The position numbers and the translations under genes are program-made. Below are positions 19,346-27,795 of a stretch of 64,000 nt of DNA, one piece after another; the stretch's first letter is position 1; every line of letters begins with the position of its first letter. The notes under the pieces were generated by a model. That model was not told where the DNA came from. It saw nothing but the letters and a program-made list of their open reading frames with translations, and did not search any database. The stretch is from Parcubacteria group bacterium GW2011_GWC2_48_17 (GTDB lineage: Bacteria; Patescibacteriota; Minisyncoccia; Phycocordibacterales; UBA10002), in assembly GCA_001003605.1 (NCBI GenBank), contig LCPL01000003.1, forward strand, positions 1,811-65,810, read 5' to 3'.

Positions 19346-19437
19346 GTACATTCGGCACATTCGCAGGGCTCAGTATCTACGACCTGCTGGCCTCAGTATT
19401 TCGTAGTCTACGACTACAGGTCGCCTTCGCTCCTCAA
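19346..19437. repeat. 92-bp repeat, left copy of an inverted pair
   Basis: reverse complement of 21109-21200 with 1 mismatch. Confidence 0.95.
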
Positions 19438-19503
19438 TATGAAATAGGGAGTACGAATTATAATAGAGCCAAAAATAATGTCGGCAAGCGGTTTCAGTTT
19501 TTG

Positions 19504-19541
19504 AATAAAAGAAGACCCGAAGAGTCTGACTCTTCGGGTTC
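19504..19541 (-). terminator. intrinsic terminator of the PafA-like gene
   Basis: ACCCGAAGAGTC.GACTCTTCGGGT hairpin, T-rich tail on the minus strand. Confidence 0.7.
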
Positions 19542-19551
19542 ATAATCAAGA

Positions 19552-20961
19552 TTATTCTCCGGCCGCAATCCTAGCTTTGATTCGTTCCAGTAGTTCTCTT
19601 CCTGGGTCGAAAGGATTAGGAATCAACTCTTTCCAATAGACACGCGGAGGTTCTCCTATTATTAGTTTCTCGCCATAACGATTAACCTTGGCATCAACCA
19701 CCCAAAGGTCTTCCCACGCGCAGTTATGCAATTCGCGCCCCCGGCCTTCCATTTTGAGCAGTTGTTGTGTCTTTCCGCGTACGAACGCGCGGGTATCAGC
19801 TGGTGGCTCTTCCATCGCTTCCGCGATAAGCTCGTCTGAAACAATTCTCTCAACCTGCCTTGTTTGGCGAAGCCCATAGTAGAGACCATCGGCTGGGTTT
19901 AAGTTGTGCCACTCCATATCCTGGCTTCTTAACCACTCAAACTCATCCTTGATGTGGTCAGGGAACTCCTCGAGAACAAGTCGTAAAACCTCATACTTCG
20001 TGACCCAATCAAGCCTTCCAAAAAGGAACTTCATCGGGTTTAGGGCGAGTCTTTCTAAGGTATCCTCGGCTACTACGATCACCGCGTTCGTCACTTCGTC
20101 CCGTCCCCAAAAGAGTTCCCTCGCGCGCGCGACGTAGCATCCCAAGAGTTCAGCCGCTCCCTTTGGCCCCTTGGTAACGCCGTCAAGAAACCAACCGCCC
20201 ATTTTAAGAGAAATACGGTGAAGATCCGATACCGCTTTCTCCTGGTCGTATTTAATTGACGGCAGAGCATGTATCTCCATCAACTCTACGACTAGCGACA
20301 TAAGGCCAATCTTAAGAAAAGTCGCCACCTCGCACATCGTAGGTTCGCTGTAGATAACATGCATTCGGTCCCACCCCTTAACTTCTGAAAGCGGCTCCGG
20401 GCGAGTATTGATAATTCCACGATTACATGTCGTATCCTCACTTACATCCGTTACAATGAACCGCGCACGCTGACTGATTTCGTATGTCGGGGTTCCGTTT
20501 AGTTTTATCCAATTTCCAGAGCCGGCGATAAGAGTACGGGCAATGAGAAACGGAATCAGTCTCGGCCAATCTCTCCTAAAAGCGCACGTAAACCAATTTT
20601 CATGCGAACCTCCAAAAGTGTTGCCACACCCGTCAACGGAGTGGCAGTACAGCTTATGTGCATACCTTTCTCTGAAGCAATACCGCTTCATGGCCTCAAT
20701 GTAGGCAGTGCGTGCAACTGGATTAGATGTTTCAGGGGTGCAAAACTCCACATGCCCCATGTCTTTGTAGATTCTGCCACCATTAGCCGTAATTACAGGG
20801 AGGCGATGGAATTCAGCATCTGCATTGCCACACTGGTCCAAGTTGGCAAGTTCGCACTCATCTCCGCCAATTCGTACAACCTCTGGTCTTGGCCAAGTGT
20901 TGAAGAGTGGAACGCGTTGTTCTAGGGTTTTTAGTATCAAGGATCTGTCATCCACAATCAT
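19552..20961 (-). CDS. PafA/Dop-family (Pup ligase/deamidase-like) protein
   Basis: GGDECE, NGGRIYKDMGHVEFCTPE, GSHENW, YEISQRA, IINTRPEP, RMHVI, LDWVTK, PPADTRA. Confidence 0.85.
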   Translation of the reverse strand: MIVDDRSLILKTLEQRVPLFNTWPRPEVVRIGGDECELANLDQCGNADAEFHRLPVITANGGRIYKDMGHVEFCTPETSNPVARTAYIEAMKRYCFRERYAHKLYCHSVDGCGNTFGGSHENWFTCAFRRDWPRLIPFLIARTLIAGSGNWIKLNGTPTYEISQRARFIVTDVSEDTTCNRGIINTRPEPLSEVKGWDRMHVIYSEPTMCEVATFLKIGLMSLVVELMEIHALPSIKYDQEKAVSDLHRISLKMGGWFLDGVTKGPKGAAELLGCYVARARELFWGRDEVTNAVIVVAEDTLERLALNPMKFLFGRLDWVTKYEVLRLVLEEFPDHIKDEFEWLRSQDMEWHNLNPADGLYYGLRQTRQVERIVSDELIAEAMEEPPADTRAFVRGKTQQLLKMEGRGRELHNCAWEDLWVVDAKVNRYGEKLIIGEPPRVYWKELIPNPFDPGRELLERIKARIAAGE

Positions 20962-21108
20962 TCCTTTCTTTTTGCCTACGTACTTTGCGTGAAATGCTCT
21001 CCGCGCTCCTGTCTGCGCGCATACACGCCCAGGCGGGTTTCGCAATGCAATGTAGGGATGTTTACCATATCTTCCGACAAACTATAGACTTTCGAGCCGG
21101 AGGTCAAG

Positions 21109-21200
21109 TTGAGGAGCGAAGGCGACCTGTAGTCGTAGACTACGAAATACTGAGGCCAGCAGGTCGTAGATACTGAGCCCTGCGAATGTGCCGAACGTAC
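21109..21200. repeat. 92-bp repeat, right copy of the inverted pair
   Basis: TTGAGGAGCGAAGGCGACCTGTAGTCGTAGACTACG..CCGAACGTAC. Confidence 0.95.
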
Positions 21201-21312
21201 AACTTTTTGACATCATGCCTGCGCCTCGATAAGAAACATGGTGAAGCATTGCACTTAGAGTTAGAACTGGCTGTTTGCATCCTGGCCGTGTATAAGTGCT
21301 ACAATAAAAGGT

Positions 21313-22179
21313 ATGGACATTCCCGTAAAAAAGCTGAAAAACGGATTCAAACTTCCGGAGTTTGGGCTAGGAACATGGCAGATGGGCGGCAGAGATAAGC
21401 CAGATACAAGCAATGACGCGGCGGAAATCGCGGCAATCAAAGCGGCGATAGAAGCCGGCGTAACGCATATAGATACGGCGGAAGCGTACGGCGGAGGACA
21501 CGCGGAGGAACTTGTCGGTCGGGCAATACGGGGAATAAACCGGAAGAAACTCTTTATCACCTCAAAGGTATCGGAAGAAAATCACACCTGTGACGGCATT
21601 CCCACCTCTTGCAAGGAAAGCCTGAAACGTCTCCACACAACCTATCTCGACCTCTACCTCCTTCATGAGTTCAGCACGGAATGTCCTCTCGAAGAGGCTG
21701 TGCAAGCACTCGATGAGCTTGTTGATGAGGGACTCGTCAAACATATTGGCGTGTCGAATTTTGGGAAGGAACATCTGAAGGAGGCACAGAAGCTTACCAA
21801 ACACAAAATCGTCTGCAATCAGGTTCATTATAATCTGCAGGTACGCGAAGTTGAGAAAGAGGGACTCCTGGAGTACTGCCAGAAAAGCGACGTGATGCTG
21901 GTCGCGTACCGTCCCGTGCAAAAAGGAAAACTTCTTGAAGATATTCCTCCAATGATGCAGGAAATGTGCGTAAAGTATCAGAAAACGCCCGCGCAAATCG
22001 CAATCAATTGGCTCGTGGCGCAAAAGAATGTCGTGACCATCGCAAAGACGAGCAACCCCGCCCACCTTAAAGAAAATCTTGGAGGAATCGGGTGGAACCT
22101 TACCGAGAGTGATGTTGAACTTTTACGGAAAGACTATCCTGGGCAGGTTGATATTTCAGATCTCATTCCTCTTGGATGA
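21313..22179 (+). CDS. aldo/keto reductase
   Basis: GLGTW, IDTAEAYG, DLYLLH, IGVSNF. Confidence 0.93.
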   Translation: MDIPVKKLKNGFKLPEFGLGTWQMGGRDKPDTSNDAAEIAAIKAAIEAGVTHIDTAEAYGGGHAEELVGRAIRGINRKKLFITSKVSEENHTCDGIPTSCKESLKRLHTTYLDLYLLHEFSTECPLEEAVQALDELVDEGLVKHIGVSNFGKEHLKEAQKLTKHKIVCNQVHYNLQVREVEKEGLLEYCQKSDVMLVAYRPVQKGKLLEDIPPMMQEMCVKYQKTPAQIAINWLVAQKNVVTIAKTSNPAHLKENLGGIGWNLTESDVELLRKDYPGQVDISDLIPLG

Positions 22180-22180
22180 T

Positions 22181-23104
22181 ATGAGAACAGGCGCGCACAT
22201 ATTCGGAGGACATGTATCCATCGCGGGAGGGTACAAAGAAGCGCCGGCGCGGGCAGCGGCGATTGGCGGAAACGCGCTGCAGATGTTTTCGGGAAACCCG
22301 CGCGGGTGGAATCTACCGCAGGTAGCCCCCGCGGAGGCGGGGGTCTTTATGGAAGAGGCGAAGAAGCTCGGCATTGAGACGGCGTACTTTCACGCGTCCT
22401 ATCTTATAAACCTCGCCGATAGTGGGCCTAATGGAAAACATTCGGTTGAAGCGCTCATCGCGGAATTAAATGTGGCTGAAGCGCTTGGCGTGCGTGGGAG
22501 CATCATCCATCTTGGTTCTTTTAAAGAGGAAAAGGCAAAGAGAGAAGATTTGATGCCGACTCTTTTTACATCAACCCGCGCGCCTTCATATGCTAAACAT
22601 CCCAACTATGACCTCCTCATTTCGCACATTAAAACAATCCTGGAAAAAACTCCCGCGAAGACGCTCTTTATCATTGAAGATATGGGCATGCGGAAAATTG
22701 GGCGCGACCTTAAGGAAATTGCGCAGATTGTGTCAGATGTGAACAGTCAAAGGTTAAAAGTCTGTCTTGATACTTGCCACTTGCATGCGGCCGGATACGA
22801 TATCACCACGCGACAGAAACTGGATAAGTTCTTAGAGAGGTTTGACCAGCTGATTGGTTTAGGACGGCTTGAATGTTTCCATATAAACGACAGCCGGGAC
22901 GAGTTCGGCTCGCTTCGCGACCGGCACGCGAACATTGGCGAGGGAAAGGTGGGGAAAGATGTGTTCAGACTTCTCCTCAATCATCCGAAAACAAAACACC
23001 TCCCGTTTCTCCTTGAAGTCCCCGGCTTTGACGATACGGGCCCGGACAAAAAGAATATGGATATATTGAAGGCGTTTGCGCGCGATGCAAAACAAGCGAA
23101 GTAG
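22181..23104 (+). CDS. nfo: endonuclease IV
   Basis: GHVSIAGG, HASYLINL, CLDTCH, HINDS, DRHANIGEG. Confidence 0.92.
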   Translation: MRTGAHIFGGHVSIAGGYKEAPARAAAIGGNALQMFSGNPRGWNLPQVAPAEAGVFMEEAKKLGIETAYFHASYLINLADSGPNGKHSVEALIAELNVAEALGVRGSIIHLGSFKEEKAKREDLMPTLFTSTRAPSYAKHPNYDLLISHIKTILEKTPAKTLFIIEDMGMRKIGRDLKEIAQIVSDVNSQRLKVCLDTCHLHAAGYDITTRQKLDKFLERFDQLIGLGRLECFHINDSRDEFGSLRDRHANIGEGKVGKDVFRLLLNHPKTKHLPFLLEVPGFDDTGPDKKNMDILKAFARDAKQAK

Positions 23105-23152
23105 AAAATCCACAGCAATATTTTGGTGCCAGACACCAGTAACTCAATTTCT

Positions 23153-24667
23153 ATGAACCCACAACCAAAAACAGAAGCAGGCATCATTGCGCCGAACGCA
23201 GAGCGCGAGAAGCGCGACGAAAGACCGGCAGAACAGCTACTTGTGCCTCCGCAATATCAAAACCTCCCCAGCGAACTTGCAGAAGAAATGTGGAACGAAC
23301 CGGTGTACATAAACGAGAGATTGAATCAGGAAGTGAGGGAGCGTAGGGAAAAGGGATTGGCGCAGATACGAGAACAGGAACGGAGGAGAGAAGCTGAAAA
23401 GGAAAAACAGGCAAATGAACAGTACGCCAAGCTGTCGGAGCACGAACAGCAAGAATTTCCTGCCTTGCAACAGACTGCAGCGTTACGCCTCGCGGAACAC
23501 ATAAAAGGCAAGAAAATAGAAAATCTAAGCCCGGAAGAATGGTTTGTCTTGGCAAAAGCAGAAGATGCTTGGAAGGCGGCACAAGAAAAAAGTCCCGGCG
23601 CGCCGTTCACCATAAGGTTTGGACGTGAAATTGACCAAAAAATATACGCAAATCTCATACATAAACTTGCATTTGAGGAGGTTAAAACGAAAAAAGCAGA
23701 AGTTGAACATCAGCAACTAAACAAAGTCCTAGGAGACTTAGGTTTGCAGCCGCAGGAAAAAGCGAAGCAAACGGAACAAGTTTTACCCCAGAAAAAAGAA
23801 CAAAAGGAAAATGTCTCTCCTGAAAACGCGCAAGCGCTTTCAGAAGTTCGTAGGTTACTAGACCGCCGGATCGCAAAAAAACCTCACTTCAAACAAGCGC
23901 AGAATGCGCTCTATGACGGTTTTGTGGCACGCGGCGATAAAAAGGAAATTGCGGAACTTTTGATGGAAGAACTGTATCACGAGAAGCGCACGGCTTCGTA
24001 TCCGCAAAATCCAAAGTATCAGGAAGCGTGGGAGTACGCGAACAGGACAAGAAACATACCGGCAAAGGCTGAAAATGGTTGGCTCTATAGAGGAACATTT
24101 CCTTCAAAATCGGAAAAAAGTAGAACTGAAACACGCGGTAGTCTGAATGTTATCATAACTCCAGATGTTGTCCGAGAAATGGATGATTTGATTGAGCGGG
24201 GAGTGATAAAGGCGAACTATAAATTTGGCGACCCAGACCAAGGCGGTTCGGCGGATGAAAGGCATGATGCCATCACTATTTACTTCTTGGAGAAACCCAC
24301 AGATGACGCAATGGCCGCTTTAAGCGATATAGCAAAGAGAAATTTTAGAGGAAATACTTTGCTTGGGAAAAAAGTGTCCGAAGGTTTTTATATTTCAGAA
24401 GTTGGTTCAGTGAGCAATACCCATGCGAAAGGACTTGTTGAATCTGTAAAGAAAGTCGATGAAAAACTTGGCAAGGCAGTAGAAGCCTATCTAACGCACA
24501 GGGGGCGCACAGCAATGTCAGAAGCCCAATTCTATGCGGTTAAGGACGCTCTCAATGCCTATGGCTATGATGTCAGTTACGACGAAGAAAAAGGGTTGCT
24601 TTTTGGAGAATCAGGGGAAAAGGGTGCAGAACAAAATCAGAAGGAAAAGAAATTGGAAGAAAAATGA
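23153..24667 (+). CDS. hypothetical protein: charged coiled-coil N-terminus plus HopA1-like domain
   Basis: GWLYRG..RGSLNV..YKF..RHDAITIYF; ends at TGA TGA with the frame open afterwards. Confidence 0.6.
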   Translation: MNPQPKTEAGIIAPNAEREKRDERPAEQLLVPPQYQNLPSELAEEMWNEPVYINERLNQEVRERREKGLAQIREQERRREAEKEKQANEQYAKLSEHEQQEFPALQQTAALRLAEHIKGKKIENLSPEEWFVLAKAEDAWKAAQEKSPGAPFTIRFGREIDQKIYANLIHKLAFEEVKTKKAEVEHQQLNKVLGDLGLQPQEKAKQTEQVLPQKKEQKENVSPENAQALSEVRRLLDRRIAKKPHFKQAQNALYDGFVARGDKKEIAELLMEELYHEKRTASYPQNPKYQEAWEYANRTRNIPAKAENGWLYRGTFPSKSEKSRTETRGSLNVIITPDVVREMDDLIERGVIKANYKFGDPDQGGSADERHDAITIYFLEKPTDDAMAALSDIAKRNFRGNTLLGKKVSEGFYISEVGSVSNTHAKGLVESVKKVDEKLGKAVEAYLTHRGRTAMSEAQFYAVKDALNAYGYDVSYDEEKGLLFGESGEKGAEQNQKEKKLEEK

Positions 24668-24670
24668 TGA

Positions 24671-25288
24671 GAAATCGAACAAATTACAGATGCCACCGGC
24701 AGAGGCATTGATGGAGGGATTAAGGAAACCGTTGTCGCTTTCAATCTAAACGAAATACCGACATCACAGTCTTGTGTGGGCCATAAAGAGGTTGAAGGAG
24801 GACACCGACCGTGGCCGTGGGTGGAAGTTGCCGCTCCGGATGAGCCGGAGGAAAGGTTTGTCGGAGAGGCCGAGGCTTTTGCGAGTGCGGCTCAAGAACA
24901 TAATGTTCCTCCTGAAGAGTTGAGAAGAGGCAACCCTGAGGAGTTGTACTGGGAGATTCAAAAGAGGGTATCCCGAGACCCACTGACCCCAGAATACGAA
25001 GTGTGGGAGCAGAGAAACAGAGAACTTTACGACAAGGTTACCAAATTATTTGACGAATTTTACAGGAATAGAAAGGTTGAAGCGGATGTCCGATTAGGAG
25101 CCGAAGAAACCAGAGGTGATTCTTTTGAAGTCAGCAGTGAAAGAGTAGCGCTTAACAGATTTTTGGACAACACATTAACCCCCGAGGAGAAGAAAAATCT
25201 CTTGGACATGCTACCGAGACGCCAAAAAGAAATGCAGGACTTCACAGTGTTCCTTATAAAGCGCTTCCTTAAGAATGAAACCCCATGA
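24671..25288 (+). pseudogene. in-frame continuation of the 23153 ORF after two TGA codons
   Basis: EIEQITDATGRGIDGGIKETVVAFN..TSQSCVGH..PWV; no ATG/GTG/TTG before the SCVGH motif. Confidence 0.55.
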
Positions 25289-25408
25289 TGTGTAGACTAA
25301 GAAGTCGAGTAGACGGCATTCTCACAAGCGTCTCAGATGGTGTACAATGAACATGAGGAAATATAGAAGAAGTCCCCTGTGGTTTATAGCGCTTTAAAAA
25401 CCAAACAT

Positions 25409-25699
25409 ATGTCAAGCAAAAGCGACGAAGCGAAGCAAAAACTACAGCACGACGAACAAAGACTTCGCGAATTGAAACACGAGGACGATTTGTTGAAGCA
25501 GAAATTTGAGGCAAAAGAAAGGGAAGTCCATGACCGTGAACACGCCGTGGAAAGCGATAAAAGAAAAGTTGGAGAAGCCACGCAGGAGGATAAGCGCGAG
25601 TCCGAACGGAAGCAACGAGAGGAAAAGGAGCGTCAAGCGACCGCAAAACAAAATCCGGAAAAACGAGAAGGTTTAAGCAATATCTTCGACAGGTTATAG
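25409..25699 (+). CDS. small charged coiled-coil protein
   Basis: E/K/R-rich 96-aa ORF. Confidence 0.65.
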   Translation: MSSKSDEAKQKLQHDEQRLRELKHEDDLLKQKFEAKEREVHDREHAVESDKRKVGEATQEDKRESERKQREEKERQATAKQNPEKREGLSNIFDRL

Positions 25700-25712
25700 C
25701 AACGCACGGCAT

Positions 25713-25782
25713 CTTCTTGAAGTCCCCGGCTTTGACGGGGAGGGGCCGGACAAAAAGAATATGGATATTTTGAAATCGTTTG
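25713..25782 (+). repeat. direct repeat of the nfo 3' end (23009-23078), att-like
   Basis: 61/70 identical by eye; encodes LLEVPGFDGEGPDKKNMDILKSF. Confidence 0.88.
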
Positions 25783-25979
25783 TAAAACAACCGCGAGTTT
25801 GATACAGTCGTATTTGAAGACAGTTCTGTGCTACAAACGGCGGGTGCGTCACGCCAATGCGCCAGCGCACCTTTGATGGCCTAGAGGCGGTCATCATACG
25901 GGACTTGTCATCTGCCGGCTTGCGGGGTCATTGCGTCGCGAGCCGGCTTTTCTTTTGCCTGATATACTTACCATACTCT

Positions 25980-26465
25980 ATGAGTTTTGATCTGTGGATT
26001 GTTTTCCTTGCGAAGTATTTCCCGTATGTCGTGGCGGGGCTGTTTGTCATATTCGCGCTTACCCGCTCGCAGGCGAGAAAGGCGCAAATCCTTTTATTCT
26101 GCGAAGGCGCCGCGGCGGCGCTTCTCTCGCGGGGCGTTGTGGAGGCACTACGGCTTTTCATCCATCGCCCGAGGCCATTTGTCGCAGACCCCTCAATTGT
26201 TCCGCTTATTTCCGAGACGAGTTTTTCGTTCCCCTCCGGCCACGCGGCGTTTTTCTTCGCGCTTGCGACGACCGTGTATCTGCGCGACAAACGCCTCGGA
26301 GTGTGGTTCTTTCTCGCGGCACTCCTCATCGGCATCGCACGAGTACTTGCGGGGGTGCATTATGTAACTGATATCTTGGGCGGAGCAGCGCTCGGTGTTG
26401 TTGCTGCGTACGGTACACATCTCTTTTTTGCGCGCTATCAAGATTCAATAAAGACACTCCCATAA
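25980..26465 (+). CDS. PAP2 phosphatase (BcrC-like)
   Basis: RPRP, SFPSGH, ARVLAGVHY.TD. Confidence 0.9.
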   Translation: MSFDLWIVFLAKYFPYVVAGLFVIFALTRSQARKAQILLFCEGAAAALLSRGVVEALRLFIHRPRPFVADPSIVPLISETSFSFPSGHAAFFFALATTVYLRDKRLGVWFFLAALLIGIARVLAGVHYVTDILGGAALGVVAAYGTHLFFARYQDSIKTLP

Positions 26466-26516
26466 TTTAGCATGCGGAAGGGCAAGCGTTACCGCTTTCC
26501 GGAGCAGAAAAGACGG

Positions 26517-26558
26517 TCATTTAGCAATAGTATGCTATAGCATACTATTGCTAAATGA
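26517..26558. repeat. perfect 42-bp palindrome
   Basis: TCATTTAGCAATAGTATGCTA|TAGCATACTATTGCTAAATGA. Confidence 0.93.
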
Positions 26559-26615
26559 AATACCGTTCATTTATTCTTTTTTGCTTTTTTGTTGCGAGTG
26601 AGATACGCTTCTTGC

Positions 26616-27527
26616 ATGAAAAAAAAGTTCATAACAGGTCTATTTCTCTTGGCGTTTCCGCTTATCGGTTTTGCGGCCGTAGGCGAATATAACCCGCAAA
26701 GCGTTGGCGCGGGGAATCCTGAACTGCACATAAAAGCTGACGGCACTATTTCACTTCAAAGCGGCCGCGTTGACCAAATCGCCGGTAGCACTTTCTATCT
26801 TGGCCTAAAATGGGGTGCGCTCCCTATGCGTTTTACGATGAAAACCGACGCGCGCACAATAGTTATCAAGCGTTATGGCGGAAGCACGACAGTTTCCCAA
26901 ATTAAAGTTGGAGATTATCTCGACGCCGAGGGCGAGTTCTTCGTCGGCTCTGATTTCTTCGGCATGGACGCCCTCCGCGTCAAGGATTGGTCGCTTCAAG
27001 AGGAATCCGGAACATTTTCTGGCGTGATTATGGAGGTAAACTCCGACGAGCGGCTTGTATTGCGCACACTGCAAAATCAAACTATATCAGTGCGGTTTGC
27101 TACAAGCTCCGCCGTTTCAATCAAAAAGGGCGCGGTAACGATTCCATTCGGACGACTGCGAAAAGGGGATGCCGCTTTGCTTATTTCCGGGGTCTACGAT
27201 TACTCGAAGAACCTTTTGACTGCCGACAGAATAATTGTCTACCAAAACAAGGCCGATTTCACGGCGCGCAACTTCGAGGGGACACTCAAGCAAATAATTT
27301 CAGCGGATATTCCAGCGACGCTCATTGTTTCCGTTAACGGCGTTGAGCATACCGTCAAGCTTTCAGACAAAACGGCTGTGCTAAAGAAAAATCGGAGCGC
27401 CGCGGAGCTTCCACGGTTCGTCGTGGGCGATACCGTGCGATTTTACGGCGCCGTAAGAGAAGAAGAAAAGACGCTGAATGATGTTCTTGTCGTGGACGCG
27501 GAAATAATCCGCAATCTTAACCTGTAA
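26616..27527 (+). CDS. exported protein with three OB-like (DUF5666-like) repeats
   Basis: signal peptide; IKVGD, LRKGD and FVVGD repeats. Confidence 0.65.
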   Translation: MKKKFITGLFLLAFPLIGFAAVGEYNPQSVGAGNPELHIKADGTISLQSGRVDQIAGSTFYLGLKWGALPMRFTMKTDARTIVIKRYGGSTTVSQIKVGDYLDAEGEFFVGSDFFGMDALRVKDWSLQEESGTFSGVIMEVNSDERLVLRTLQNQTISVRFATSSAVSIKKGAVTIPFGRLRKGDAALLISGVYDYSKNLLTADRIIVYQNKADFTARNFEGTLKQIISADIPATLIVSVNGVEHTVKLSDKTAVLKKNRSAAELPRFVVGDTVRFYGAVREEEKTLNDVLVVDAEIIRNLNL

Positions 27528-27532
27528 TCTGG

Positions 27533-27792
27533 GTTTACGGAGTACAGATGTTTACGAATATACGGATGCGCCTTTCTTCGTCTGTATATTCGCACGTATC
27601 AGTACTCTGTACGCCTGCGCTCTTGCAGAGTATATCTTCGCCGTGGTCTAACCGATTTTTCCACTGTTTTTTCCTCTTGCAAAAGTCTTTTGGGTGATAG
27701 AATTGGGTGTACGGAGTACGAATCTTTACGAATATACGGATACGCGTTTTCTTAATCCATCTGTATATCTGTAAAAATCGGTACTCCGTAAA
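27533..27792. repeat. two related imperfect inverted repeats (27533-27612, 27708-27792) around the nrdA promoter
   Basis: both begin TACGGAGTAC..TTTACGAATATACGGAT and end GTACTC(T/C)GTA. Confidence 0.8.
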
Positions 27793-27795
27793 CCT

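Noticed and set aside
19346-21200. Classical IS element
   Set aside because: The enclosed gene is PafA/Dop-like, not a transposase, and no target duplication is evident.
24665-24670. Genetic code 25 (TGA=Gly)
   Set aside because: pyrG, csoR, dapA and the ATPase end normally at TGA, and long genes have no internal TGA.
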